From Acaryochloris thomasi RCC1774 (GTDB lineage Bacteria > Cyanobacteriota > Cyanobacteriia > Thermosynechococcales > Thermosynechococcaceae), in contig NZ_PQWO01000005.1 of assembly GCF_003231495.1 (NCBI RefSeq), forward strand, positions 180,001 to 212,000: a stretch of 32,000 nucleotides of DNA, given 5' to 3'. The notes under the pieces are model-generated. The model did not search any database. It saw nothing but the letters and a program-made list of their open reading frames with translations, and was not told the origin of the DNA. The translations under genes were made by a program, and so were the position numbers. Below are positions 17,304 through 26,183 of this stretch, piece after piece (position 1 is the stretch's first letter; every line of letters begins with the position of its first letter).

Positions 17304-18496
17304 AGATTAATCTCCGCCTGTACTTGCAAGTTTGTGAACTTCTCCGCTTTCTCACTGGAGGCTGGATCAAGTTGCACATGGACTTCAACCACCCGCGCAT
17401 CAATATTGCTGCTGGGGTCTGCATTCACAACGTTTTGGCGCTGCACCTTGGCGTCAATCCAGTCCACGGTGCCCTGCAGCTCGCCTGCCAAAGAATCACT
17501 GGTGACCCTCACCTTTTGACCCGGCTGCACATGCTGGATATCGCTTTGATAGACTTCTGCGACCGCATACATGGTGCGGGTCTGGCCGATCTCAACAATG
17601 CCGTCTTCAGAGACCACTTCTCCAGGGCGCGTATGGATTTCTAAGACTGTGCCACTCTGGGAGGCGCGTACATAGGCTTGGTCAAGCTGCGCCTGTGCCT
17701 GCTTAACGGCGGCAATAGACTGATTCACACTGGCCTGGGCCACCTGGATATCGACGGGTCTGACTTCAGCAATGCGTTCTAGGTTGGCTCTAGCCTGATC
17801 AATTTCGGGCGATCGCGTTGTCTGTAGGCGACTGAGGACGGCTTTAGCTTCTCGAAGCTGCTGCTCGGCGGTCTGCTGGGTGAGTCGCCGACTGTCTCGC
17901 TCTGACGTTGAAATCGCCCCCTGAGCGTATAGATTCTGGTAGCGACTCGCTTCAGCGGTGGCATTCTGTAGCTCCGCCTCTAGACGGGAAACGGTGGCTC
18001 TTTGAGCATCTACGGTTCCCTGCTGTTGGGCAGCCAGTCGATTGATTTCGGCCCGCTGGGCGCTGAGTTCACCCTGTTTGGCACCGGCTTTGACGCGAGC
18101 TAGCTCGGCTTCAGCGACTCTAACGCGTTCTTGTGCCTCCAAAACACTGGCCTGGAGGCGATCGCGGCTGTCCAAAATCGCAATTACCTGACCGGCGGTA
18201 ACCCGGTCTCCCTCTTTGACTAAAAGCTGCTCAACTCGACTGCTAGCGGTAGAGGAGGGGGCCGATAGCTTAACGATTTCTCCCTTGGGTTCTAGACGAC
18301 CTAAGGCGGTCACGGTTTGACGCGCGAACTGTTTGACTTCAGCGATCGGAGCTTCTGGCTCAGAGCGCTGGACCTGCCGGATGGTGTAACTTGCGATCGC
18401 ACCCACAGAGAACGCAGCAACGATCACCAACGGCAAACCATAGCGTCCGGTAGGCTTCGCAGCGGCAGAGCTAGTCTTAACAGAACCTGGAACCAT
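17300..18496 (-). CDS. devB: DevB-family membrane fusion (HlyD-like) protein
   Basis: 398 aa with an N-terminal anchor helix, a long Ala/Gln-rich coiled-coil hairpin and a beta-barrel-like C-terminus. It is the first gene of the devBCA-type operon. Confidence 0.85.
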   Translation of the reverse strand: MVPGSVKTSSAAAKPTGRYGLPLVIVAAFSVGAIASYTIRQVQRSEPEAPIAEVKQFARQTVTALGRLEPKGEIVKLSAPSSTASSRVEQLLVKEGDRVTAGQVIAILDSRDRLQASVLEAQERVRVAEAELARVKAGAKQGELSAQRAEINRLAAQQQGTVDAQRATVSRLEAELQNATAEASRYQNLYAQGAISTSERDSRRLTQQTAEQQLREAKAVLSRLQTTRSPEIDQARANLERIAEVRPVDIQVAQASVNQSIAAVKQAQAQLDQAYVRASQSGTVLEIHTRPGEVVSEDGIVEIGQTRTMYAVAEVYQSDIQHVQPGQKVRVTSDSLAGELQGTVDWIDAKVQRQNVVNADPSSNIDARVVEVHVQLDPASSEKAEKFTNLQVQAEINL

Positions 18497-18530
18497 TACT
18501 GAACTCCTGCAGGGAGATTTCTATACAGGA

Positions 18531-18583
18531 ACTAAACTGATTAGTTTAGTGTCCTATACTTAGACTAAACTAATCAGTTTAGT
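18531..18583. promoter_or_regulatory. Paired 20-bp palindromic operator candidates in the devB / tetR divergent intergenic region
   Basis: ACTAAACTGATTAGTTTAGT (18531..18550) and its exact reverse complement ACTAAACTAATCAGTTTAGT (18564..18583) are separated by 13 bp. Each has 8-bp perfect inverted arms (ACTAAACT/AGTTTAGT). The first site lies 35-54 bp upstream of the devB ATG. Confidence 0.6.
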
Positions 18584-18748
18584 CTTGTCAAATAGCGTTT
18601 GTTGTTCTGATCGTGTTTGAGGCGAGTGCCGACTACAATTTTGCTGAGCATCCAGGAGGCCGCAGCTGTCCTCTATGATCATGAGTGGAGACAAAGGCTC
18701 GCCCAAAGACGCTCCTGACAGTCGTGATTCATTTTTTCTTTGAAGGTA

Positions 18749-19375
18749 ATGGTTGAAGCTAAAGCAAAGCGATCTCTCTCTCCCGAAAAGGCTGATGCCA
18801 TCTTGGGCGGAGCCATGCAGGAATTTTTAATTCACGGCTATGCCGCAACAACGATGGATCGGGTGGCTGCAGCGGCTAGTGTCTCGAAAGCCACGGTTTA
18901 CAGCCATTTTGGAGATAAAGAAAGTCTGTTCGCAGCCCTGGTCAAGAATATGGCTCAGCAGAAGATCTCAACTTTGTTGGGGTCGCATACGCTTCAGGGA
19001 GACCCGCGTGAGGTCCTACCGATCTTTTTCACCAAGGCGCTGGAGCACATGGTTGAAGATGGTCAGCACTTGGCCTTCATTCGGCTGATTATTGGGGAGT
19101 CAGGTCGATTTCCACAGTTGGCCCAGATTTTTGTCCGCAATATGTCAAAACCAGGACTAGAAATTCTCAGCCAGTATCTTGCGTCTCAGCCCTATCTCAA
19201 GTTTGCTGATCCAGAGGCGACGGCCCGCATCGTGGTGGGCACAATGGTTCATTACATCCAGTTACAGGAGATGCTGCACGGCAAGGAAATTATCCCAATG
19301 GAGAAAGAGCGGCTGCTGAAGACACTGACGCATATGATTCTCAGCAGCGCTATTTCCGCTGAAGGTGAGCCCTGA
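18749..19375 (+). CDS. TetR/AcrR-family transcriptional regulator
   Basis: The N-terminal HTH (GYAATTMDRVAAAASVSKATVYSHFGDKESLF) is a typical TetR_N. The gene is divergent from devBCA. I prefer ATG 18749 to TTG 18740. Confidence 0.85.
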   Translation: MVEAKAKRSLSPEKADAILGGAMQEFLIHGYAATTMDRVAAAASVSKATVYSHFGDKESLFAALVKNMAQQKISTLLGSHTLQGDPREVLPIFFTKALEHMVEDGQHLAFIRLIIGESGRFPQLAQIFVRNMSKPGLEILSQYLASQPYLKFADPEATARIVVGTMVHYIQLQEMLHGKEIIPMEKERLLKTLTHMILSSAISAEGEP

Positions 19376-19469
19376 AGCGCATCGTTGTATACGGCATTGT
19401 TGTATGAAAAAGCCCGAGCAAGGCAATACTCAGCCGATGGACGGCAGCAATGCAGGCATCCTAAAAGCC

Positions 19470-20762
19470 TTAAATTACGGTCCCATCATGGATGACGGCG
19501 TTTTTAACCGTAACGACGATGCCGCTGCGGATATAGAATCCTTGCTCCTCACGGTCAGCTTCTTCAATTCGATCTTTGTTGAAAATTTGTACATCGTTGC
19601 CAATGTGGGCATTTTTATCCACAATTGCCTTCATGATCCGGCAGTTTTGGCCAATCCCCAACGGCACCGGGGCAATGGTGTCAAAGGGACTATGCTCCTG
19701 CTCTGAGCCGTAGTGGTCAGCCCCCATCACTAGGGCGTTATCAATCACGCTCCCAGAGCCAATTCGGCTGCGCAACCCCAGAACGGAATGGTTAATCTGG
19801 CAGTCTTTCAAAATACAGCCATCACCAATCATCGATTCTGTGATCTTGCTGTTCAAAATTTTGCTGGGAGGGAGGTAACGCGATCGCGTATAAATCGGTG
19901 CTTGCTCATCATAAAAACTAAAGGCGGGATGGGGTTGCTCCGTGAGCGCCAAGTTTGCATGGTAGAACGACTCAATCGTCCCAATATCTTCCCAGTAGCC
20001 ATTGAACAGATAGGCTTGGACATTGTGATCAGTCGCTGCCATCGGGATAATCTCTTTCCCGAAATCGGTGGTGTCCGCTAGATTTTCTAACAGATCAAAG
20101 AGCACCTGTTTTTTAAAGACATAAATGCCCATTGAGGCGATAAATCGCTTTTTCTGAGCCTCTTCTGCAGACAGACCCAGAGTGGTCGTATCGACCGCCA
20201 TCTGCTCCAGCTCGTCTCCTGTTGGCTTTTCTGCAAAATCAATGACCTGTCCCTGATCGTTGATTTTCATCAACCCAAAGCTAGAGGCTCGGGTTTGATC
20301 AATGGGAATCACCGACAGTGTAATATCAGCACCCGTCTCACGGTGGTGTTGAATAAACTGGCTGTAGTCCATGCGATAGAGATGATCACCCGAAAGAATG
20401 ATCACATCTTCTACACCGTTCCACTGGCGAAATAGAGATAGATACTGACGCACCGCATCAGCCGTTCCCTGAAACCAGTCAGGATAGTCGGGCGTTTGCT
20501 GCGCAGCCAAGACTTCGGTAAAGCCATCAGAGAGGCCTGAGAAGCGGTAGGTGCGGCTGATATGGCGGTTCAGTGAAGCTGAGTTGAACTGCGTTAGCAC
20601 ATAGATCTTTGTGATCTCAGAGTTGATGCAGTTGCTGATCGGAATATCAATTAGACGATATTTGCCCGCCAGAGAGACAGCGGGCTTGGCTCTCGGTTGC
20701 GTCAGTGGATACAGTCTTGTTCCTGCACCGCCGCCCAGAATGATGCCGAGTACGTTTTTCAT
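19470..20762 (-). CDS. glgC: Glucose-1-phosphate adenylyltransferase
   Basis: 430 aa. The N-terminus ([24 protein letters not shown]) and the left-handed beta-helix C-terminus are characteristic of GlgC. Confidence 0.95.
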   Translation of the reverse strand: MKNVLGIILGGGAGTRLYPLTQPRAKPAVSLAGKYRLIDIPISNCINSEITKIYVLTQFNSASLNRHISRTYRFSGLSDGFTEVLAAQQTPDYPDWFQGTADAVRQYLSLFRQWNGVEDVIILSGDHLYRMDYSQFIQHHRETGADITLSVIPIDQTRASSFGLMKINDQGQVIDFAEKPTGDELEQMAVDTTTLGLSAEEAQKKRFIASMGIYVFKKQVLFDLLENLADTTDFGKEIIPMAATDHNVQAYLFNGYWEDIGTIESFYHANLALTEQPHPAFSFYDEQAPIYTRSRYLPPSKILNSKITESMIGDGCILKDCQINHSVLGLRSRIGSGSVIDNALVMGADHYGSEQEHSPFDTIAPVPLGIGQNCRIMKAIVDKNAHIGNDVQIFNKDRIEEADREEQGFYIRSGIVVTVKNAVIHDGTVI

Positions 20763-20775
20763 GAGTTAACCCTAA

Positions 20776-21668
20776 TTAGTCAAAACACCAGGTTTCTAAG
20801 GTCTCTGTCTTTGTTCCTGTTCCTTGCCTTGCCGACGGGCGATCGGGCATTACGGGGCGGCTGGGCAAAGAACGATATCGGCTTCTGGCAGCGGGTACAG
20901 CGACAAGGGCCGTTTCAGCTTTCTTCGGCTCAGGTGGCTCAGCCTTAGGCGCAGCAGGCTTCGCTTCCTGATTCGCTATCTGCTTCTGGAGGCGCTGATT
21001 TTCCTTGGCTAGCTTGAGGGCATCTTTCTTGGTCTGATCGAGCTCTTTTTTGAGCTTGTCCATCTGCTGGAGTGCTTTAACAGCAGTTTGATGATCAGAT
21101 AAAGCCACCTCTAGTTTTTTTACCTGCCCTCCCAGGTTGACCTCCTGCTGCTTGGCAATGCTGAGTTCTTGTTTCAGATCAGTTAACTGCCGCTCCAGTG
21201 CGGCTGTTGTCACGGTACTGTCTGTCGCTGCAGATGCCGTAGAGGCTTTGCCAGTGGACGTTTTGCGAGCTGTTGTCTTACGATTGGCTTGCGTGCCTGC
21301 GGTGGCTGAACCCCGCTTCTTGGCTGCAGTTGTTTTTGCCGTAGTTGATGATTTCGTGGTGGAGCCGGTCGTTTTCCGGCCTCGGCTTGCTGTAGGCTTA
21401 GCAGCTGTTTTTGCCTTTGTTGTGCGACGGCTACGCGTCGTCGTTCTACTCTTTTTCGCAGTTGTCGAGGCTTTTGCTGCGGTCGATTTTGTGTCTTGGC
21501 CAGCAGTCTTTTTGGCGGTCGATTTTGGGGTGTCCATAGCGCTGTCCTTTGCTGATGCTGAATCTGCGGCGGGTTTCTTTCCTTTCGCTGCAGTGCTGTC
21601 TCCTTCAAAGTCTGGAGATTTTTTCACTTCTTCTCTCAGCAGATCCGCCAAACCTTTTTTAGTCGCCA

Positions 21669-21669
<1 letters not shown>
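20776..21669 (-). CDS. Basic intrinsically disordered / coiled-coil protein, McdB-like partner of the upstream ParA-type ATPase
   Basis: I prefer ATG 21669 (MATKKGLADLLREEVKK...) to TTG 21681, because this ATG overlaps the ParA stop as TAATG. About 150 aa are K/T/A/S/R-rich low complexity. A heptad-like Q/K/L-rich segment follows (LERQLTDLKQEL...LQKQIANQE). The C-terminus is ...TETLETWCFD, with Trp fourth from the end. Confidence 0.5.
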
Positions 21670-22403
<734 letters not shown>

Positions 22404-22761
22404 TCAGCGCATTAGATTTGAAATCTGTTGGACAAACCATAGGGCTGTGCTGCCATTACTTAGTATTCTGAGCTTTCCTCGCGCTTGCTTGGAAACAAGA
22501 ATAGATAAATTTGTTGATGCGATCGCAACTCCATCGCAGTTGTGCTTCTATAATCTGTCGGACAACGCTTAGTTCACAGAAGTTATGCGGATTAGTGCAG
22601 CCCAAACTCTTGCAAGCTTTTGAGAAAAAATGCCTAAAAGTCTTTCAGAACAGAAGCTGTAGCTAATCTTACCCTGGTTTCTATCGGGAAGTTTTGCCGG
22701 ATCTGCACTTATGTTGCTGTTTGAGGTGTTACCTTCTTGAAAAGACATGTTAAGTATGGGA

Positions 22762-22791
22762 TCTAACGATTTCCTACTTTCAATCGTTAGA
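22762..22791. other. 10-bp perfect stem / 10-nt loop hairpin (TCTAACGATT ... AATCGTTAGA) upstream of the low-GC ORF
   Basis: Read directly from the sequence. It lies 64 bp upstream of the ATG at 22855, inside an AT-rich non-coding stretch. Confidence 0.6.
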
Positions 22792-22854
22792 CTATTCAGA
22801 CTAAAATTTGAATGCTAAATATAGTCATGCGCCTATTTATGATCAATAAGAAAC

Positions 22855-23526
22855 ATGAAAGAAAAATTACTGACTCCGCTTGGGATAATTGCCCTATTTA
22901 TTTCTTTGTCGGAAGCTGTAGCTGGCGTGGTTGCTATACAAACAGACGGTCATATTCAACTAATCCTTACTCTATTTGTTGTCTTTTTCCCCTTGCATGT
23001 TTCTATCTTGTTTTTTTACATACTTTGGCATAGGCCAATTGTGTTCTACCACCCTAAAGAATTTGAGGGAAATACAACAATAGAAGCTTTTTCTGAAGCA
23101 ATGCAGAGGCGTTTCAGGAAGGTAGATAAATGGGTTGAAAATACTGAGAAAGCTATTAGGAATGTAGAAGATGATGAGCTGAGGGTTGAATCACTCGTGA
23201 ATGAACTCGTGAAAAGTCATTCAGTTACCCTGGATACAACACCTATTTCAGGGAATGGAGGAGAAATCATAAACATACCTTATGATGAATTCGAATCAAT
23301 TGGCTTATTTCTTCGATATGTGTGGCACAGAGTTGATAACCTACCGGTACATAGTTATGGTAGAGAATGGGTCTTGGCAAATGCTGAAAATAGAAAATTG
23401 TATAATCAAATTGGTTCTCGCTTTGCTCGCAAGCATCGTGGCACCAATTGGGATGAACGCACCCTGGAAGAAGTGGGTATTAAGCCAGGTATGACTCTTC
23501 AAGTACGACGACCAAATGTTGTATGA
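22855..23526 (+). CDS. Orphan hypothetical protein with two N-terminal TM helices and a soluble C-terminal domain, in a low-GC islet
   Basis: 223-aa ORF. TM1 is LGIIALFISLSEAVAGVVAI and TM2 is LILTLFVVFFPLHVSILFFYILW. The C-terminus ...DERTLEEVGIKPGMTLQVRRP is reminiscent of a beta-grasp tail, which is inference only. Hand counts of three 60-nt lines inside the ORF give 22-24 G+C, against 33-35 in lines from flanking genes. Confidence 0.55.
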   Translation: MKEKLLTPLGIIALFISLSEAVAGVVAIQTDGHIQLILTLFVVFFPLHVSILFFYILWHRPIVFYHPKEFEGNTTIEAFSEAMQRRFRKVDKWVENTEKAIRNVEDDELRVESLVNELVKSHSVTLDTTPISGNGGEIINIPYDEFESIGLFLRYVWHRVDNLPVHSYGREWVLANAENRKLYNQIGSRFARKHRGTNWDERTLEEVGIKPGMTLQVRRPNVV

Positions 23527-23696
23527 CAAATCCATGCAGCGGGACGCTCGAAACACGTTTTTAAGCAGCGCTTTAAATTAGTAGTCGTGCCCCTGATGGG
23601 GTGGCCGTTGTATAGCACTGTGAGAGATCGCGTCTGGCAAAATCTAGATTTGCGAGCAAGCAAATGGTGCTCGCTAAACTTTCTTAGGAACGAGCG

Positions 23697-23993
23697 GTGA
23701 CAATACAACTACTGGCGATGACAAGTGTGAATGTTGGTGCTGAAAGCGCGTTGAATAAGTATCTGAGTGTCGTTGGTCCTTTAATGCAGTCAGCTGGGGC
23801 CAAGATAATCGATCGATTCGAGCTTGCCAATAGCATTGTTGGCTCCAATGAATTCCAATACGTGACTCTGATCGAGTACCCGGATGAAGCATCAGTCAGT
23901 AAGGTTTTTGATAGCGAGGAATATGGATCTCTGGATGAGGTAAAGAGAATTGCATTTTCCAAGTATCAAGTTAGTGTGATCGTATCAATGTAG
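23697..23993 (+). CDS. DUF1330-like small protein
   Basis: 98 aa. The pattern ...YLSVVGPLMQSAGAKIIDRF...EFQYVTLIEYPDEASVSKVFDSEEYGSLDEVKRIAFS resembles DUF1330 (dimeric alpha/beta-barrel-like) proteins. The start (GTG 23697 or ATG 23718) is uncertain. Confidence 0.6.
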   Translation: MTIQLLAMTSVNVGAESALNKYLSVVGPLMQSAGAKIIDRFELANSIVGSNEFQYVTLIEYPDEASVSKVFDSEEYGSLDEVKRIAFSKYQVSVIVSM

Positions 23994-24120
23994 TTGCAGT
24001 TTTGACTCACTCAGCCTACTCAGGATCGTAAGTTGTCACTCAATCTATATGCCTTGCTGTACAACATCTTGTAAAGCGCCGGTTAACTGGACGTTAGTCC
24101 CCCGTTCTTGTCTTAAGGAT

Positions 24121-24711
24121 ATGGTTTCAGATTCAGCAAGTGCATACGAGAATCATGCCCAAAAATTCTTAAATATCCGGGATTGTTCGACGATAGGGAT
24201 TGATGTTCTTGAACAATGGATACACTCACTTCCTGTCGGTAGCGATGTCCTTGAGATTGCTTGCGGCGGCGGCATTCCAGTGACCCTTACACTCGCCAAC
24301 GCGGGATTAAAGCTTTGGGCAGTCGATTCTTCGCCTACGCTTATATCCAAGTTTAAGGTTCGGTTTCCAGATATTCCCGTTCAATGCACATGCGCCCTGG
24401 ACAGTGACTATTTTGGGCGGAAGTTCAGTGCAGTCATATCTATTGGACTGCTCTTCCTCTTGAGCGCAGACGACCAGGTTGTCCTAATCAGCCGAGTGTC
24501 CGAACTTCTATCGCCTGGAGGTCGTTTCTTGTTCACAGCACCGATTGAAATTGGGACCTGGGCTGATATGCAAACCGGTCATGAGTGCCGCTCTCTCGGG
24601 CGGGAACAATACGAAAGTATCCTGCGAAAGGCCCAGTTTCGCATATTGGGCACCTACGAGGATGAAGGGCGAAATAATTACTATGATGTTGAGCGAGTCT
24701 CATGGGCCTAA
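24121..24711 (+). CDS. Class I SAM-dependent methyltransferase
   Basis: Motif I VLEIACGGGIPV is followed by the post-I acidic residue (WAVDSS), then GGRFLFTAP (motif III/IV-like). I prefer ATG 24121 to the upstream ATG 24049. Confidence 0.8.
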   Translation: MVSDSASAYENHAQKFLNIRDCSTIGIDVLEQWIHSLPVGSDVLEIACGGGIPVTLTLANAGLKLWAVDSSPTLISKFKVRFPDIPVQCTCALDSDYFGRKFSAVISIGLLFLLSADDQVVLISRVSELLSPGGRFLFTAPIEIGTWADMQTGHECRSLGREQYESILRKAQFRILGTYEDEGRNNYYDVERVSWA

Positions 24712-24786
24712 CCAGGGTCTGCAGGGACTTTATTGGTTACATTTAAAATCATTCTCGCGCCCCTGAGACCAACCTGCTAGCAGCTC

Positions 24787-25320
24787 ATGTCTTCAATCCG
24801 CACAGCAACAAAACTGGATCGTGACAAGATTCGTGAGGTGCACTTACACGCCTTCTCTGAGGACGAAGCGCAGGTCGTTGCGACGCTCGCATCTAATCTG
24901 CTCAGCGATGAAACGAGTCCCGAAACCTTTGCCTTAGTTGCCGAGATAGATGGCACGGTGGTCGGTCACATCGCCTTTAGCCCCGTAACGTTTGATACCA
25001 GCCAGAAATTGAAAGGCTACATCTTGGCTCCACTTGCCGTGACGCCCAACTATCAGAAGCGTCGAATTGGGGCGCAACTCATTCAAATCGGCATAGAGCA
25101 GCTCTCAAAGAAGGGCGTTAATGTTCTTTTCGTGTATGGCGATCCGAAGTATTACGGTAAGTTCGGGTTCAAAGCCGAAACGGCTACCCATTATTTGCCA
25201 CCTTACGAGTTGCAGTATCCTTTCGGGTGGCTAGCAATTGTCATGAATGAGGCGGGGGCTGCTGAACAGCCTCTCAAGGTATCATGCGTAGCATCGTTGA
25301 GCGATCCAGAATTATGGTAG
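24787..25320 (+). CDS. GNAT-family N-acetyltransferase (YhbS-like)
   Basis: 177 aa with the acetyl-CoA binding motif-A-like segment LAVTPNYQKRRIGAQLIQIGIEQL and the tail YYGKFGF. Confidence 0.85.
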   Translation: MSSIRTATKLDRDKIREVHLHAFSEDEAQVVATLASNLLSDETSPETFALVAEIDGTVVGHIAFSPVTFDTSQKLKGYILAPLAVTPNYQKRRIGAQLIQIGIEQLSKKGVNVLFVYGDPKYYGKFGFKAETATHYLPPYELQYPFGWLAIVMNEAGAAEQPLKVSCVASLSDPELW

Positions 25321-25335
25321 CAACGCTGTTAACCA

Positions 25336-25407
25336 GCGCATGCACATGGACTGGGAGTCATAGACTACCAGCCGCAATACGTACATTGTTGCGGTCCAGT
25401 GATGCGC
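25336..25407. other. Imperfect long inverted repeat enclosing smaller hairpins, in the convergent intergenic region (possible bidirectional terminator or structured RNA)
   Basis: GCGCATGCAC (25336..25345) pairs with GTGATGCGC (25399..25407), giving 9 bp with a 1-nt bulge. Inner hairpins are GACTgggAGTC and CCGCAA-11 nt-TTGCGG. Confidence 0.35.
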
Positions 25408-25450
25408 AGTTCGTTAGACCGCTACTCCTCTACTCAAGTCTTAGCAACTC

Positions 25451-26059
25451 TCATCTCTGCTGAGCATGAAGCAGTTCAAGGAGTCTAGTCGCTTCTTGCT
25501 GCTTAAAATGTCCGGCAGATTTGCAGGGAATTGAGAGCAAAATGCGATCAAAAAATCGTACTGAGTCGCAGGGGACTGACAGCATGACCTCCGGAGGATC
25601 TGCACAGGCCCTCAAGACAAAAGGACCACCCTGATAACACTGCTGCTGCGGATTGCTATTGAGATCGCCTGTAAAACAGTAATTCTGCAAAATATATTCA
25701 GCTGTCGCGAAGCTGATCAGGCTATCGCTGCTCATCGGCGTTTTTCGATACGATTTCGTTCTAGTTTCGGTACGTGAGCGGTTGCGACGACGGGGTGCAG
25801 ATTGTGGTTGCTGTGCTGGCGGAGCCGCTGCTCTCCGGGAAGACTTGGAAGGCGACTGCCCCTGCCAAGATCGCAATGCTTCATAAGCCTGATTAAACTG
25901 TTTCAGCTTTCCCTCTGCTTTTTCGCGCAGCCGTGGATTATGACCAAACCGATCAGGATGCCAAACGGTCACTAAATCTTTGTATGCCTGCTTAATCTCA
26001 CCCAGCGAGGCATTAGATTCTAGCTCTAAGATTTGTAGATGTGCCGTTACCTCTAGCAT
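25451..26059 (-). CDS. J-domain (DnaJ-like) protein with an uncharacterised Cys-rich C-terminal domain
   Basis: The N-terminal J-domain carries an HPD motif (IKQAYKDLVTVWHPDRF...FNQAYEAL). A basic disordered linker follows, then a C-terminal domain with no motif I recognise. Confidence 0.8.
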   Translation of the reverse strand: MLEVTAHLQILELESNASLGEIKQAYKDLVTVWHPDRFGHNPRLREKAEGKLKQFNQAYEALRSWQGQSPSKSSRRAAAPPAQQPQSAPRRRNRSRTETRTKSYRKTPMSSDSLISFATAEYILQNYCFTGDLNSNPQQQCYQGGPFVLRACADPPEVMLSVPCDSVRFFDRILLSIPCKSAGHFKQQEATRLLELLHAQQR

Positions 26060-26183
26060 GGATCACGCTCACGGTTGCAGCTTAGATCATCATCCTAGGC
26101 ACCGGGAAATCCAAAGATCAAGAGGCAGTGCGTAAAGTCCTGCGACACGATGGTAAGAAGTGATAAGTAACCTATCGTTTAGT

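Noticed and set aside
15275-19088. Plus-strand ORFs within devA, devC and devB, and the second-frame ORF 18840..19088 in tetR
   Set aside because: These are antisense or alternative-frame shadows of genes with clear ABC, FtsX, HlyD and TetR motifs.
23341-23962. Minus-strand ORFs 23341..23556, 23499..23708, 23674..23892 and 23684..23962
   Set aside because: They overlap the plus-strand genes or the intergenic hairpin region. Their translations are Arg/Ser/Cys-rich with no motifs, and they have no plausible starts with upstream context.
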